A stretch of 55,734 nt of DNA, counting the filler, from Catajapyx aquilonaris (lineage: Eukaryota), in NCBI GenBank assembly GCA_000934665.2. It is 3 parts of 3 records of this genome, joined end to end, with 100 filler letters (N's around TTAATTAATTAA, not from the genome) between each part and the next. Parts side by side here need not be neighbours in the genome. Positions count along the whole stretch, not along the records: positions 1 to 18,488 come from KZ539579.1; 2 more parts are not named here. One strand, given 5' to 3'. Shown here in pieces: positions 1-11,646 of this stretch. Position numbers and translations under genes: made by a program. Numbering within the stretch: position 1 is the first letter of the stretch; every line of letters begins with the position of its first letter. The notes under the pieces were generated by a model, which was not told the DNA's origin, made no database searches, and saw nothing but the letters and a program-made list of their open reading frames with translations.

Positions 1-542
1 GGGCCTTTCTTCGCACCCACCCCAACCCAAGGTGATAAATGAAGAACAGAAAGAGTTGACCCCCTGAAGAAGCCACGCCTCTGGGAGGGACAAAGGTTCC
101 CTTCTTGGTTCGGCCTAGACGCGCCAGAGGGAAACTAATCTCAACACTTCCCTGGTCCATCAGAGGTGCAGTCACGGCAAAGGACGTGTCACATGCTCTC
201 AGTTATTAGCTCTTGGCATGACCTAGAGGAGTACATCAACAACAGTCGACCCTCCTTCCTCCAGAAATGTCAGGAAGTTCTGTTCGATCAAGCCATGGTT
301 CAAGGAGTGGACGTGTCAAGTCTCCACATCCGCGTGAAGGGTGAGCAGAAGCGTAATCTTATTATATATAATATTGTAGTGGACCCCTTGCCACCAGCAG
401 GGACCATGGCCAGACGAGGCAGTGCCCGAGTTCCAGAACACGTCAGTTCTCTCTAACCTTTTATTCTAGACTGAAGTCACTGAACACTATTCTTGTTGCT
501 ACGCAACAATAACACAATGTGGCCAACAGGCGGGCCACTACA

Positions 543-547
<5 letters not shown>

Positions 548-600
<53 letters not shown>

Positions 601-941
601 CGGGTTAGTGCACCGCCCTAATTGGGCATCTGGCACGGTACCTTTATTTGCTTAAGATGTACAAGCTTTTACAAGTGGTCCTTTTCCGTAACGCCCGGGT
701 ACCGCGAGCGAAAGGGGAATGAATAGGAGGGGATGTGCAAAGTGCAAGTGCAATGTCGTTGCTTGGTCATTTTGTGAACTCCCCCGGGTGGCTTAGTCTG
801 TCGGAAATTGCCACCCGAAATGAAGCCAGAGATGGCCCAACTCTGCACGGATAAAGGTGGGAACCCCGGGTGGGGATTGAACCCGGGACCTTAATATCCG
901 TGGGCGCGCGCGTTACCGCGGCGCCACTTCATCTCCCCTCC
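548..941 (-). mobile_element. tRNA-derived SINE, family A, copy 1
   Basis: Minus-strand head with A box (TGGCGCCGCGG) and B box (GGTTCAATCCC); (TTA)n tail at 548-600; 13-bp TSD CCACTACAATATA at 535-547 and 942-954; homologous to 11768-12126. Confidence 0.85.
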
Positions 942-2739
942 CCACTACAATATATACTTGGCTAGGTGGGACTTTGTCCATTGTGACTCATCATCTACGT
1001 CACAGTATTATAATACACAGGTCTGGATCGTATACTAAATCCAAGCGGGCCGGGCAGTGTTGCCAAGTTTAGGTTCAACTGTTTCGACTGTTCAATCCTT
1101 GTGTTTCAGTTACTCGTCGCACCCCGTTGTTATCGCTGTTGTCTGCAAGTACTGTAAGGATCATGCACCTGGTGTGGGACAAATGCAAGGAGGTTTACAC
1201 TGGCTTGATGGAAGGCGCCGTCGTGTGCTTCGACTCTGACGGGACGGAGCGTTACAAGGAGGGTATCTCCTTTTCGGATAATACGTCGAACTTTCAGGCG
1301 GAGCTGGGGGTCGATCGTGAGGGGCCAGGAGTGGCTGGAGGAATCGGGCGGATGGACCACGGCCCGCCTAGCTTCGGGCTCGGCCCTCCAGGCTCTTTGC
1401 AGCCCCAGCACCAGGGACGGTGTCATATTGCAGGCACAATCAATTCTGGGGCACTGGGAGGGACACGTTGTGTTTGTCGGGTGGGAGGCATGGGTTTGCT
1501 TGGGGAAGGGGGTAGTGGGCTACCAAAGGAGTCTTACATGTGTCGTACTCTCACCAGTGATCATCCCAACTTGAACATCAACATTTGCACTGAGCAAGGT
1601 GGGGCGATTTGCATGTTGGGTGTATATACCCATCATGATGACGACATATATGGAGGGGGTCTCACTTAAGAGGCCCAATCTTCCTTAGTATTATACTAGC
1701 CAACAGGCCTGATATGGCCACATGTAGTTCACATGTATGGCTACAACATACGTGAAAACCAGCGAAAAATAAAGGGGTATAATTTTAAAAATTAAGTGTT
1801 TAAAATTTGCAATTTCTATCTTTTTAACGCAAAAATATAAAATTTTAAAATTAACCATAGAATTCGATTATATCAACCTTTCTGAGTAAATTGATATCAA
1901 AAGCACATCTGTCGCACGATTAGTTGCGGAGAAACAGCCAAAAGAAAAATGGCTCTCAAAGAAACGGCTCAAAATTACCACCCCCCCAAAAAACGGGTAA
2001 AAATCAAAATATTTCAAAACGCTTTGGTACAATGTTTTAGCAGCGCTAGGTCACCATAACCTGTGAATATCATTCAAATCCGCCACATCAAGGGTACAAA
2101 GGGGCCACTGACATGGAATGACCCATATTCATGTCTCAAGTTCCTCCTTCGTCAATATTTTGTCCTTTTTTTCTAACTGGCAATGATTCATTTAAGAATG
2201 CAGGCTAGTTGGTTCCCAGTGTTACAGGTAAGTCTTTTCAGGCCTTTGAATCATGCCAATACGTGTAACTAATACAACATTTGGCCGCTGGTACAGTTTT
2301 GCCCAATGAGCTCTGTATAATATCGCCCTGTAATGATGCTGTATCTACGTACATTTGGTTGGTCGTTTTAAGATGTGATCAGTGTGACAGAGTTTAAGTG
2401 AGCAATATTTTTTTTTAATCTGCTACCAGTACATTAGTATGACAAGAAATATGTTTAGAAATTAGACGAAAATAGGTCTGCAATTTTATGCTTACATGTT
2501 TCTAATTGCTACGAGTAATCAGAATTACTCGTTTTATGGTGTCTTCCTCGTATTCGACTTTGAATGGTTATGGTATCTGGGAATTGCATGTGACATAAAA
2601 TCTCACAAGGGTGCATAAGGCCTGTTGAAAACAAACACCATCTGATTGAATGACCTCGTTAAAACCGTGGAGCAGAGAGGTAGTGAGGGAGAGAGACGGT
2701 AAAAATGCCATTGGATCATGAATAACTGGAACACATATT

Positions 2740-3014
2740 AAGACCAAAGCAGGTTGGTGTAATGGTTAAGGAGTCCGACTGCTAATCGGGAGGGGGGTTC
2801 GATTCCCGCGGGGCCGGCGACCCTCACCGTGGATTTCTGTGGTTTTCCATGGTCCCCCCCAGGATAAATCCGTACAATAGGCCACAGCCGCTTCCTTCCT
2901 TCCCTTGGCCCCATCTATGTGTGAGGAAGATTTCAGAAATATTGAGTGGTGAAATGGTGGTCTTCCACCTCCCCTAATGGAGCGCTGATTCTTCCAATGG
3001 GGTAAAATAAAATA
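2740..3014 (+). mobile_element. tRNA(Ser-GCT)-like SINE, family C
   Basis: A box TGGTGTAATGG, anticodon arm CCGA-CTGCTAA-TCGG, B box GGTTCGATTCC; (TAAAA)n tail; 16-bp TSD AACTGGAACACATATT at 2724-2739 and 3015-3030. Confidence 0.85.
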
Positions 3015-3768
3015 AACTGGAACACATATTTCTGAAAACAAAGGAAAGGGAAGACCTAATTACGTGGAAGTCAAGTTAATCCTATACAAGATCTTTTTTT
3101 ACTAACTGCTTTCCTCCGAGTGGGACGAATTATGCATAAAATTACCAGTCCCATTCAATATTGATCTCCCTGTTTTTATAGTTCAACTTGAACTTCTAAT
3201 TACGTTGTTGTACAGAACCCTTTCGGTGTATCCTTTCCCCCAACCCCTTCTTCTCCCATCCTCCCCCATTCCTCTTGGCCTCCTTCCTTCGCTCAGTAAA
3301 TAAATGATTGGGCCGAGGATAATGTTGACTGTGACCTTCTGGGTGTTATTACTCGAGTGGGAGGGAAAGAAGAGGAATTGGATACCGACTTCCATTAGAA
3401 GGAAGCTCATACCAGACGTGAGTCGAGTCCTAACAGCCGCCGATTTTGACAAACTCCATTTGGTACGTGTCGATCGGATGCGATATTACGACTTGGCTAT
3501 GGTTTCCGCTTAAGCGCTCTGTTGATTCAAGTGCCAAACTTTGCCTTTCATAGTGGAATAAAAATACGTAATAGCCACCAATAATAGTACGGTGTTTGTG
3601 TCGTTGAACCGCAAATGCCGAGTCATTTGGCTTGCACCCTGCTGAATCATGCCTAGAAAATGGTAAAATAACGCCTGAACCTCACAAGTGGGCTAGCCTT
3701 CTGCTATGTACAGTAACGAGTACCGGAGGGTATAATCACAGACCTATTCCAAGACCAACATTTTCTAA

Positions 3769-3860
3769 GGCTGGGTTCACACTAGGCGTTTTCGTCGCCG
3801 GCGACTTTGTTGCCGCGATTTCGTCGCTGACGCTCACGAGGTTCACAGTGGTGCGACTGG
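3769..3860. mobile_element. One-ended PIF/Harbinger-like MITE fragment
   Basis: TAA followed by GGCTGGGTTCACACT, a Harbinger-type terminus, then GTCGC/GCGAC subterminal repeats; no matching second end found. Confidence 0.35.
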
Positions 3861-4329
3861 GAGCTTGTATCACGCTCAGTGCATCAGAAGATGTCAGAAG
3901 ATGCCAGTATGATTTTATTTCCACGGTGCTCTAGCTAGGGAATGAGGCATACATAAATAGCTATTTTAGTAACTGGTCCCTCTACAGAAAATAATATTAT
4001 CCCCTATAGTGCCCAGGGACTCACTTGAGAACGTTGCCAAAATCATTACCAATCACCCGGTATTGTAGTAATTAAGAATCGCAGTATCATTCATTTTTTT
4101 ATAATTTTTGTATGGGAAACCGCAGTTTTGGCATATAAACAGTAGCATGTAACTTATAAGCCCATGACCACAAAACTTAGCCAGACATTTACGTCAATTT
4201 GTGATTATTTTCATGTTGCACAATTTTAATTCTACGATTGATCGGATCGGGCCATATCTTGGCATTCAGAAGTCTTAATTACACACTCTACAAGTTGAGA
4301 GTTTCTGACGCTTCCAGAATCTCTCTCAC

Positions 4330-4702
4330 ATTAGCTGAAGAAAAAAAACTGGTGGCTCTCCTAGTTATCCTCTTTCCAAAACATCTTCCTTCCGGGCCTC
4401 TTGCCCCTACCGTGACCTTTGACATTGTCTTCCCTCAATCATCCCTATCATATTTCTCTCAGAACAAACTACGGTTATATTCGGCACAAAGTATTCGACT
4501 CCGTCCCATGTTTTTGTGCTCTGTTTATTTTATTCAGGAGATAGAATTTCTCCCGCTTCCCCAAATAACGGTATTTAAGTAGTTGTCTGCGTCTCAGGTA
4601 TTGTTTTGTGTTCATCCTAGATAATAGAAACACAGAGTAGCAAAGGATTGAATATTCTGAGGTCCAGCTAGTAAAATGAAACTTCTTCTCACACATGTTC
4701 AA
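4330..4702 (-). mobile_element. Decayed RTE-like LINE, 3' end of ORF2
   Basis: Frameshifted minus-strand peptides ...SWT...RMNTK...RRRQLLKYRYLG...YLLNKI and MIEG / GRGKRPGRKMFW resemble the RTE ORF2 C-terminal pattern (SWT..., RLxYxGH, EGKRGRGRP..W). Confidence 0.5.
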
Positions 4703-4770
4703 TTTTATCAGCTAGGTCGCCGTTAATAGCCTACTGCAAATTTTAGATTGTATGTAACTCATGCCTAGTA

Positions 4771-5130
4771 TTATTTTATTTTATTTTATTTTACGTACCC
4801 CTTGATGGCCCTCTATGGGCCTTTCGGGGGGTGGCAGACCACCATACAGTTTTCTATTTAACTTCAATCTCCGTGCAAGGACTGGTTCAGGATATAGGGT
4901 AGGGAAAGGGATTGTTGGGGAGGGGACACTTGTGCAGGTGCACTGTCCTAGCCTTTTGGGCTATGTGCAGTCCCCCAGGAGGTTAGGTTGCCAGACACCT
5001 CCTTGGTGCAGGTCAGTGACCCTCCCTACGCAGGTGAAACGTGAAAGGAAGTTCCCCAGGCGGGGATCGAACCTGGGGCCTTTCATTCAGCAAGCCGAGA
5101 CGTTACCATCTCGGCCACCACACCTCCCCC
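4771..5130 (-). mobile_element. tRNA-derived SINE, family B, copy 1
   Basis: Minus-strand head GGTGGCCGAGATGG...GGTTCGATCCCC; (TAAAA)n tail; 11-bp TSD CATGCCTAGTA at 4760-4770 and 5131-5141; homologous to 18589-18741. Confidence 0.85.
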
Positions 5131-5349
5131 CATGCCTAGTAATATGGCATACGATTTTGAGTGAATCAGCAATAGTCTACCTCATGGGTCTACCTCAACA
5201 ATTGACCTGATGGCCAACGTCCAGGTGCGAGGGGCACGCAGCACATGATTTGTGTATGTGGGCGCGTCAGTTGCACTCCTTAGATTATTATGATGATTTC
5301 AAATTTTAAATAATGTTAATATTCAAGCCCTAATAATTGAAGCTCCAAG

Positions 5350-5607
5350 GTTGGTTGTTGGTTGGTTGGTAGGAAGGGTTACAAAGCTTGTATGGCTCTG
5401 TCTGAGTCGAGCCTTGGCAGCCGGGGGTAGGAGAGGAAGTTGTGGGATTGCAAGGTAGGGTGGGTTAGAAGGGTGGGGGAGAGGAGGGCTGGCCCCGGCT
5501 GTACTGCAATGCCAGGTCCAACCCAGGGACGGGGGTGGGATATTCTCCCAAGCACCCCGTCCGACCAAGAAATGCGAGTCAGGTCCGAGGACCGCTCGAG
5601 GAAGAGA
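5350..5607 (-). mobile_element. Old SINE-like retroposon with (AACC)n tail, split by the foldback element (remainder ~7688-7716)
   Basis: (GGTT)n run at 5349-5370, GC/pyrimidine-rich body; sequence resumes after the 7681-7687 TSD; possible degenerate TSD AAGCTCCAAG / AACCTCCATG. Confidence 0.35.
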
Positions 5608-6408
5608 GTACCGTCAAATACTATTAACGCGCTTCGCTAATACGGGACACTTACTCTACAGAAAACTGGCGAAGCCGCCGCGCGCGCCATCTGTTGGCTC
5701 GGGGTGGGGTTAGCCCCTCAGCCCGCAGCCACTAGTGCAAATACGTCAATGTTTTCCAATTTAAATTAATTATTTCACAGCGTTTACGTGCATGACCCGT
5801 GCACCAAAAAATCAGAAATTATCTATATTAGGCCTACAGGTTAAGTATCCGGCTCTTTCGAGTGCTGACGCTCCATGCCACTAAGGAAAATGATGAAACA
5901 AAGGGGAAGCCATTTGTTTGGCTCTAATTACTCACATAAATGATAAATATCACGAAAGTGCTTAACAATGGATTGGTCAAACACTTCATACTGCTGATAA
6001 ATGATGTCATGATATTCATGCCATATGACAGGTAGTGGTTGAACTTAAGTTAAGTGGAATTAAGTCGTACAGGTTTAAAAGAAACTCCAGGGAAGAATTC
6101 AACTAACAAGGTTTTAATTATTATGCTTTACTCAACATCAATGCACCCTACAGTGGTGCGTATTAAATTCGCAGATAATTACAATGCATTTAAATCTCAT
6201 CACACATCTCACATTAAATTTTTATAGGAATCACAGTAAAACTCTTGGATATTGTCCACTCGTCTCTCTCTTCAAATTAAAATTGCAAATTGAAATTTGG
6301 TGTCTAGGTTGTTATTCGTGACTTACCTCAAAGATAGTTATACTATGGTTATACTATGGTAGACTTTTCAGGACATATAGTAACAATAAATCATTTCATA
6401 GCAATTAA

Positions 6409-6655
6409 CCCTTAACTACTTAGATGGAGCCTGAGCGGCTTCAACCATAGTTAAACGTGATGTAATTAAGTCATAAACAAGGCCCGTTTTTCTGTCGGAA
6501 TATGCTGACTCGGCGTGTGATTTTACGTTATTGGAAGCCTAATTATCTGAACTGCACTTTCTGTATGTGAAAAGTCCAATATAACAATTTAGCTGATAAG
6601 CAGAAATTTAAATATACCGTGGGAGCCACTCAGGCTCCACCTAAGTAGTTAAGGG
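6409..6655. mobile_element. piggyBac-like MITE
   Basis: TTAA at 6405-6408 and 6656-6659; ~32-bp TIR CCCTTAACTACTTAG(A/G)TGGAGCCTGAG(C/T)GGCT. Confidence 0.75.
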
Positions 6656-6753
6656 TTAATTGCGTATGAAATGATTTATTGTTTCTATGTCCTGAAAAGT
6701 GTATCATGAAAAGAAACGTAGGGTGCATTCATGATGAGTTATATAGTAAATAA

Positions 6754-7146
6754 TGTTGCACTTGACCTGTGCTGACCTGGGATTGGCTTCAGTGGCTTTT
6801 CAAAGAAGGACGATGGAATGGATCAATAACAGAAGTTTATTAACATTCAATAAAGTAGTTACATACTCATGATCACTGTTCACACTCACTCTCGACGGAC
6901 TCGAAAATAATAAGACGCTATTCTGGGGCGATCACCCCCTTTTATTTGCTTTTATCCCCTCGGGTTGCGTACCAGGAAGTTGCCCCCAGGCACGTACGAC
7001 CAACGCCTCTGTTTTGGTGACAATGTCCTCACGGCTCACGTCACTGCTGATCGTACACTTTAATCTTAATAGTCGGACAGCCTCCAGGTAAACAACCCCG
7101 CGTTCGAACCATATATGGGTTCGGATCCAACAATGCAAATGAAACA
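6754..7146 (-). mobile_element. Solo LTR (Gypsy-like, 4-bp TSD)
   Basis: 393 bp, ends TGTT...AACA; TSD ATAA at 6750-6753 and 7147-7150; minus strand has a TATA-like AATAAAAGGGG followed by AATAAA; interrupts the right arm of the foldback. Confidence 0.65.
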
Positions 7147-8825
7147 ATAAGCATAATTAAAACCTTGTTAGTTGAATTCTTCCCTGGAGTTTCTTTTAAA
7201 CCTGTACGACTTAATTCCACTTAACTTAAGTTCAACCACTACGTGTCATATAGCATGAATATCATGACATCATTTATCAGCAGTATGAAGTGTTTGACCA
7301 ATCCATTGTTAAGCACTTTCGTGATATTTATCATTTATGTGAGTAATTAGAGCCAAACAAATGGCTTCCCCTTTGTTTCATCATTTTCCTTAGAGGCATG
7401 GAGCGTCAGCATCAGCACTCGAAAGAGCCGGATACTTAACCTGTAGGCCTAATATAGATCATTTCTGATTTTTTGGTACACGGGTCATGCACGTAAACGC
7501 TGTGAAATAATTAATTTTAATTGGAAAACATTGACGTATTTGCACTAGTGGCTGCGGGCTGAGGGGCTAACCCCGGGCTAACCCCACCCTGAGGCCTGAG
7601 CCAACAGATGGCGCGCGCGGCGGCTTCGCCAGTTTTTGGCCGGAGTGTCCCATATTAGCCAAGCGAGTTAATAATATTTGGTACCGTCGCTGGCGAACCA
7701 GCCGGGACCTCATACAACCTCCATGATGTACTGATATTAAATAATGAGGTTTGCTGCTACTATAGAAGTAGACCTCGGACGGATGTAGGCGTCCGCGGCA
7801 TTTGTATACGTGTAGGTAGACCTATAATGTAATGTTTTAAATTTAAAGCTTCACAGTGCTGTTATACTCGTATCAGTCATATGCATATGATAAGTTGATA
7901 ACTGAGCGAATAATTCCTCTACTAGAAGTGTACAATGTAAGAGATAAAGGTGGTATATTTTATAAGCTACTGTATAATTGAGAAAAAGTTATAGGTAATT
8001 TTTGTCATCAGTAACATGACCATGACAGTTCCACTTGGAAAGAATTTAGAATAACACAGCAAGTAAGGATTAATTTTTCGATAATTCTTAGGATAGGTTG
8101 TTGCAAGTACGTAGTATTTTGCGTCTAATTGACAAGTTTTACAGTTGTGAAAAATCGTGTTTGCGAGTGTATGATCCAATTGCAGATTACAGGTTTTTCT
8201 CTGCAAGTATCCTTTGTGTGTACTGTATACAGGTACATGTGCGTATCGGGGGTGGGGGGCAGCTGCCCCCCCCCCCCCNNNNNNNNNNNNNNNNNNNCCC
8301 CCCCCCACCCACCCTAAACCTCAGGGAATTTCAGAGAATTTCTGGAGATTTCAGGGAAATGCTAAGCAGAACATTTTTTAAGTCAAATATTCCAAAAATC
8401 AAAATTATTGTTATTGCGCATTTAAAAAAATTATCGGTACCGGTACTATAATATCGTTTATTTTAAAGTTTGCCCTTATTAATATTATTATAGCTCTTCT
8501 CTCATCTGGGAACGGAAGCGAACGATTGGCGTCGAATCAGCGAATCGACCAATATTGTCACAACCCAAAACCTGGACATTTAGAGTTACTAAATGAAACT
8601 TGGGATATACGTATGTTCAATTGGCCCCCCTGAACAATATCTGAAAGTTCGGCTCTGGCCTCTGGAAATCCGCGGATAGGGCTCCTAAACCAGGTCGGTC
8701 ACCAGGTCGACGCCACCAAGCTTGGGTAGGCCATGGATAGGACCACTAGGGCCAACGAGTTTTGAAAGGCCGCGGGGGGAGGGGGGGGGGACCTAAAAAC
8801 CCGGTTTTTTTGTTTTTGCCGAGGA

Positions 8826-9580
8826 AAATTGAGGCGCTCAGAGGAAGAACGGCATATCCCAACCGACCTCCAATTTTGAGTTTGTAGTGCTGTTGTACTC
8901 TCCTTCCATCTACCTTTCATGTGCTGAACTACCAAATGAATGGGGAAGGCGACTAGTAAAGCTGGGCGTAGATGGCAGCACTAAGCCATGAGGGCCATTG
9001 AGACGTAGTCGCCGTGATTTGCTCAACAACCTGTCTGTTGATCTGCCGCTGGCGGCCTGGACTCCGGGCAGAGTCGGCCCCTTAATTTTTCTGGAGGCGA
9101 AGAGAGCCCTACTCTTCCATTCGCCGCGGGTTTGGAGCGGATCGATCCGGGGACAGCCGCCCGCCGAATTTGTTTGTGGTGGCAAAGCTAGCTGCTTGTC
9201 AGCGCCTAAAGCCCTAAACTGTCTCAGGTAGTAATGGATGTGCGCCAGATGTCCGTGAAGGAGTTACGTATAAAATGAACTCAGGACTATCAGGAGTCGC
9301 TAATTGGTGACCCCCTAAATTACTACAGCCGTACGGCACACACAAGCCTGGCATTGTGCAGTGATGCGAGAGCAACAGCATAACGTGAGCCCAAGTCTCA
9401 TGGATCGGTGGCGCTCCTAGCGGCGAAAAGTTGCAGTCGCCTTCCCCATTGGGACATGTCATATAGCTCACAATCATATTCCAGTAATTCCACTTGCAAA
9501 ATTTGTTCGTAGCTTTAGACACTTTTCTCAAAACGAACTCCTGTTGGGATATGCCGTTCTTCCTCTGAGCGCCTCAATTT
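8826..9580. mobile_element. Degenerate non-autonomous DNA element with staggered inverted repeats
   Basis: Perfect 38-bp IR 8826-8863 / 9543-9580 and 16-bp IR 8939-8954 / 9435-9450; true termini not resolved. Confidence 0.55.
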
Positions 9581-9989
9581 GTTGTTGCTTTTACCATTTT
9601 TTTCCAAAGACCCGGAATATTTTATGAAAAATCTGCACATATTGGGTAGAATTTTCGTCTCACTGGTAGTTACTGCTACCTTAGCAGTACCAGTGTTAAA
9701 TGTTCAATATGGAGATTGACTAATAGGTCTACCAGTTGCGCAATAATTATCCAACGCATGGATTTTTCAGGTATTTATACCTTGAATATATCTCCCGCCG
9801 CCTGGCAAAACGCTACTGATAGTGTATATGCACTTTTGACCAAAATGCATTTTAATGGATACTATGAGTGCTCGTCTCTTTGCCACGTGACAGAATCTTT
9901 TTTCAAGGTCCTCCGGCAACTCTAGGCGATTTTAGCCGATAAGAAATGGCAAAATGCAGGACGAGAGGCCGGAGCACCCGGGAAAACGA

Positions 9990-10252
9990 TATAATTGAAG
10001 GGGTCGGTGCAATACTGCCCTAATCCTCCCAAACCTGATTTTGAGAAAACTGCAGTTGAAAGTTTGAGAGGCCATATACATCCCATATACCATGTGACTT
10101 ATTTCATTTGATTTCTCAGTGACCGATGGCAGAAACTGCACAATTTCAATGGATTTTATTAGATACATGAGTGTAGTACATGGAAGTGTCCTTAACTCAA
10201 TTTGTGTCATTTGGTGGGTTAGGGCGGTATTGCACCGACCCCTTCAATTATA
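9990..10252. mobile_element. MITE
   Basis: ~45-bp TIR TATAATTGAAGGGGTCGGTGCAATAC(T/C)GCCCTAA; TSD could be TA or AATT because the ends are palindromic. Confidence 0.75.
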
Positions 10253-11167
10253 AGCAAGTTGCCAATGAAGTGGAGACTAGTGATCACGTGGGTATATAAG
10301 CCTATTTGGATATCATTTCCCAAGCCGCCGTGATCATACCTGTTCCCGCCGACTGTACGGACAAACACACACACAAAAAAACAACGGGCCAACACGCTAG
10401 AACCTGTTGTATAACGAGACTAAATGATGTACCACGAAAAACAAAAGGAGCGCCTATTACGTGTTTGGACTCTCAGGCTTTGCAGCGATGTGTTAGTGTT
10501 TCTGATATGCTCAAACTCCGAAAGCGCTCACTGAGCGAAAAATCCGAACACACCTAGGTCTGGTCATTTACAAACAAGCCTGAACTAGGTCTGGTTGTTT
10601 TAAAACAGCCACAGCTAGTTCTGGTCGTTACTGCTTTTCATATACCTATAGATATGGAGGCATTTGGGGAGATGGATGGAGCCCTTTGTGTTGGTGGGGC
10701 TTTGGGCTGACCGCGCCAGGTCTGTCCTTTGTTGTGGCCCTGCTAGGCATGGTCCGTCGCATTGACAGATGATTTTAGTTAATTGTGAGCGTTGCGAGCT
10801 GAGCACTAATTGTGAGTTGTGTATCCGCCAAGCAATATTGGTCCGCCACCTAACGTTATTGTGGCTTGGCCAATCGCCAATCGCTGGAATGTGCTTGGCA
10901 AAACCACACTAACATCTGTTGGCCTGCGGCAACATAAGACAACCAGTATTGTTTGGCAGATACGCAACACACAATAAGTGCTCGGCTCGCTACGCTCCGC
11001 TCGCAACTAAGATCATCGGGCAATGCGACTGACCGTGCCTGGCAGGGCCACAACAAAGAACAGTCCTGGCACTGTCAGCCCAGAGGCCCACGCAACTGGC
11101 CACAGCCACATCAACACAAAGGGCTCCATCCATCGCCCCATCACCTTCATATCCATAGACAGTATAT

Positions 11168-11291
11168 CCTCCTGAGACCTGATGTCCAATATATTGGACA
11201 TCAGCAAAAAAAAGGCATCAACTGAAATTGACGCCAATTTTTATTTTTATTTTGCTGATGTCCAATATATAGGACATCAGGTCTCAGGAGG
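11168..11291. mobile_element. Small MITE with ATAT TSD and CC...GG ends (piggyBac-like)
   Basis: ATAT at 11164-11167 and 11292-11295; TIR CCTCCTGAGACCTGATGTCC; each arm contains the palindrome CTGATGTCCAATATA(T/TA)GGACATCAG. Confidence 0.7.
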
Positions 11292-11516
11292 ATATTGATT
11301 AGCATAAACGAGCAGAACTAGCTGTGGCTATTTGAAAACGACCAGACCAAGTTCAAGCTGGTGTGGAAATGACCAGACCTAGGTTTGGATGGTTGGCGGA
11401 TTTTTCGCTCAGTGAGCGTTTTCGGGGTTTGAGCCTAACAGAAACACTAACACATCGCTGCAAAGACCACAAACACGTAATAGGCGCTTCTTTTGCTTTT
11501 CGTGGTACATCATTTA

Positions 11517-11646
11517 GGGCCGGTTTCACCGAGCTTGGTATATGATAAAACCAGGTTTCTCAGTTTAGGAAAATCCCATACAAATAGATAGAAATTTTGA
11601 GAAATACCTTGGTTTTATCACATACTGAGCTCGGTGAAACCGGCCC
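11517..11646. mobile_element. PIF/Harbinger (Tourist-like) MITE, copy 1
   Basis: TIR GGGCCGGTTTCACCGAGCT; TTA TSD at 11514-11516 and 11647-11649; its removal restores the host foldback arm (CATTTAGTCTCG). Confidence 0.85.

Larger units (their letters stand above)
5615..7680. mobile_element. Non-autonomous foldback DNA transposon (P-element/Galileo-like: CA...TG ends, 7-bp TSD)
   Basis: ~510-bp inverted arms (5615-~6128 vs ~7147-7680); termini CAAATA...TATTTG; direct repeat GTACCGT at 5608-5614 and 7681-7687; inverted symmetry continues inward to a TTAA axis. Confidence 0.8.

Noticed and set aside
166..456. 96-aa ORF with a possible 39-nt intron
   Set aside because: No recognisable domain and all upstream frames are closed; cannot be supported as a gene.
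1127..1669. 180-aa GC-rich ORF; an overlapping frame has EWLEESGGW resembling a Bcl-2 BH2 motif
   Set aside because: No BH1 (NWGR) or coherent gene structure; a single short motif is insufficient. Worth a BLASTX but not called.
1745..2124. Segment ending GGAATGACCC, like a DNA-transposon terminus
   Set aside because: No matching opposite TIR or TSD in the window.
2745..2820. Possible tRNA-Ser(GCT) gene
   Set aside because: No acceptor stem or long variable arm; continues into a body, tail and TSD, so it is a SINE head. The same applies to the other tRNA-like heads.
5609..7683. Alternative reading of the foldback as a TA-flanked Tc1/pogo element (TA|CCGT...)
   Set aside because: Needs a 3-nt deletion at the right end, whereas the 7-bp TSD with CA...TG ends fits without changes.
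8229..8340. G/C-run segment resembling a hAT MITE end, with a 19-N gap
   Set aside because: One end only and interrupted by a gap in a poly-C run.
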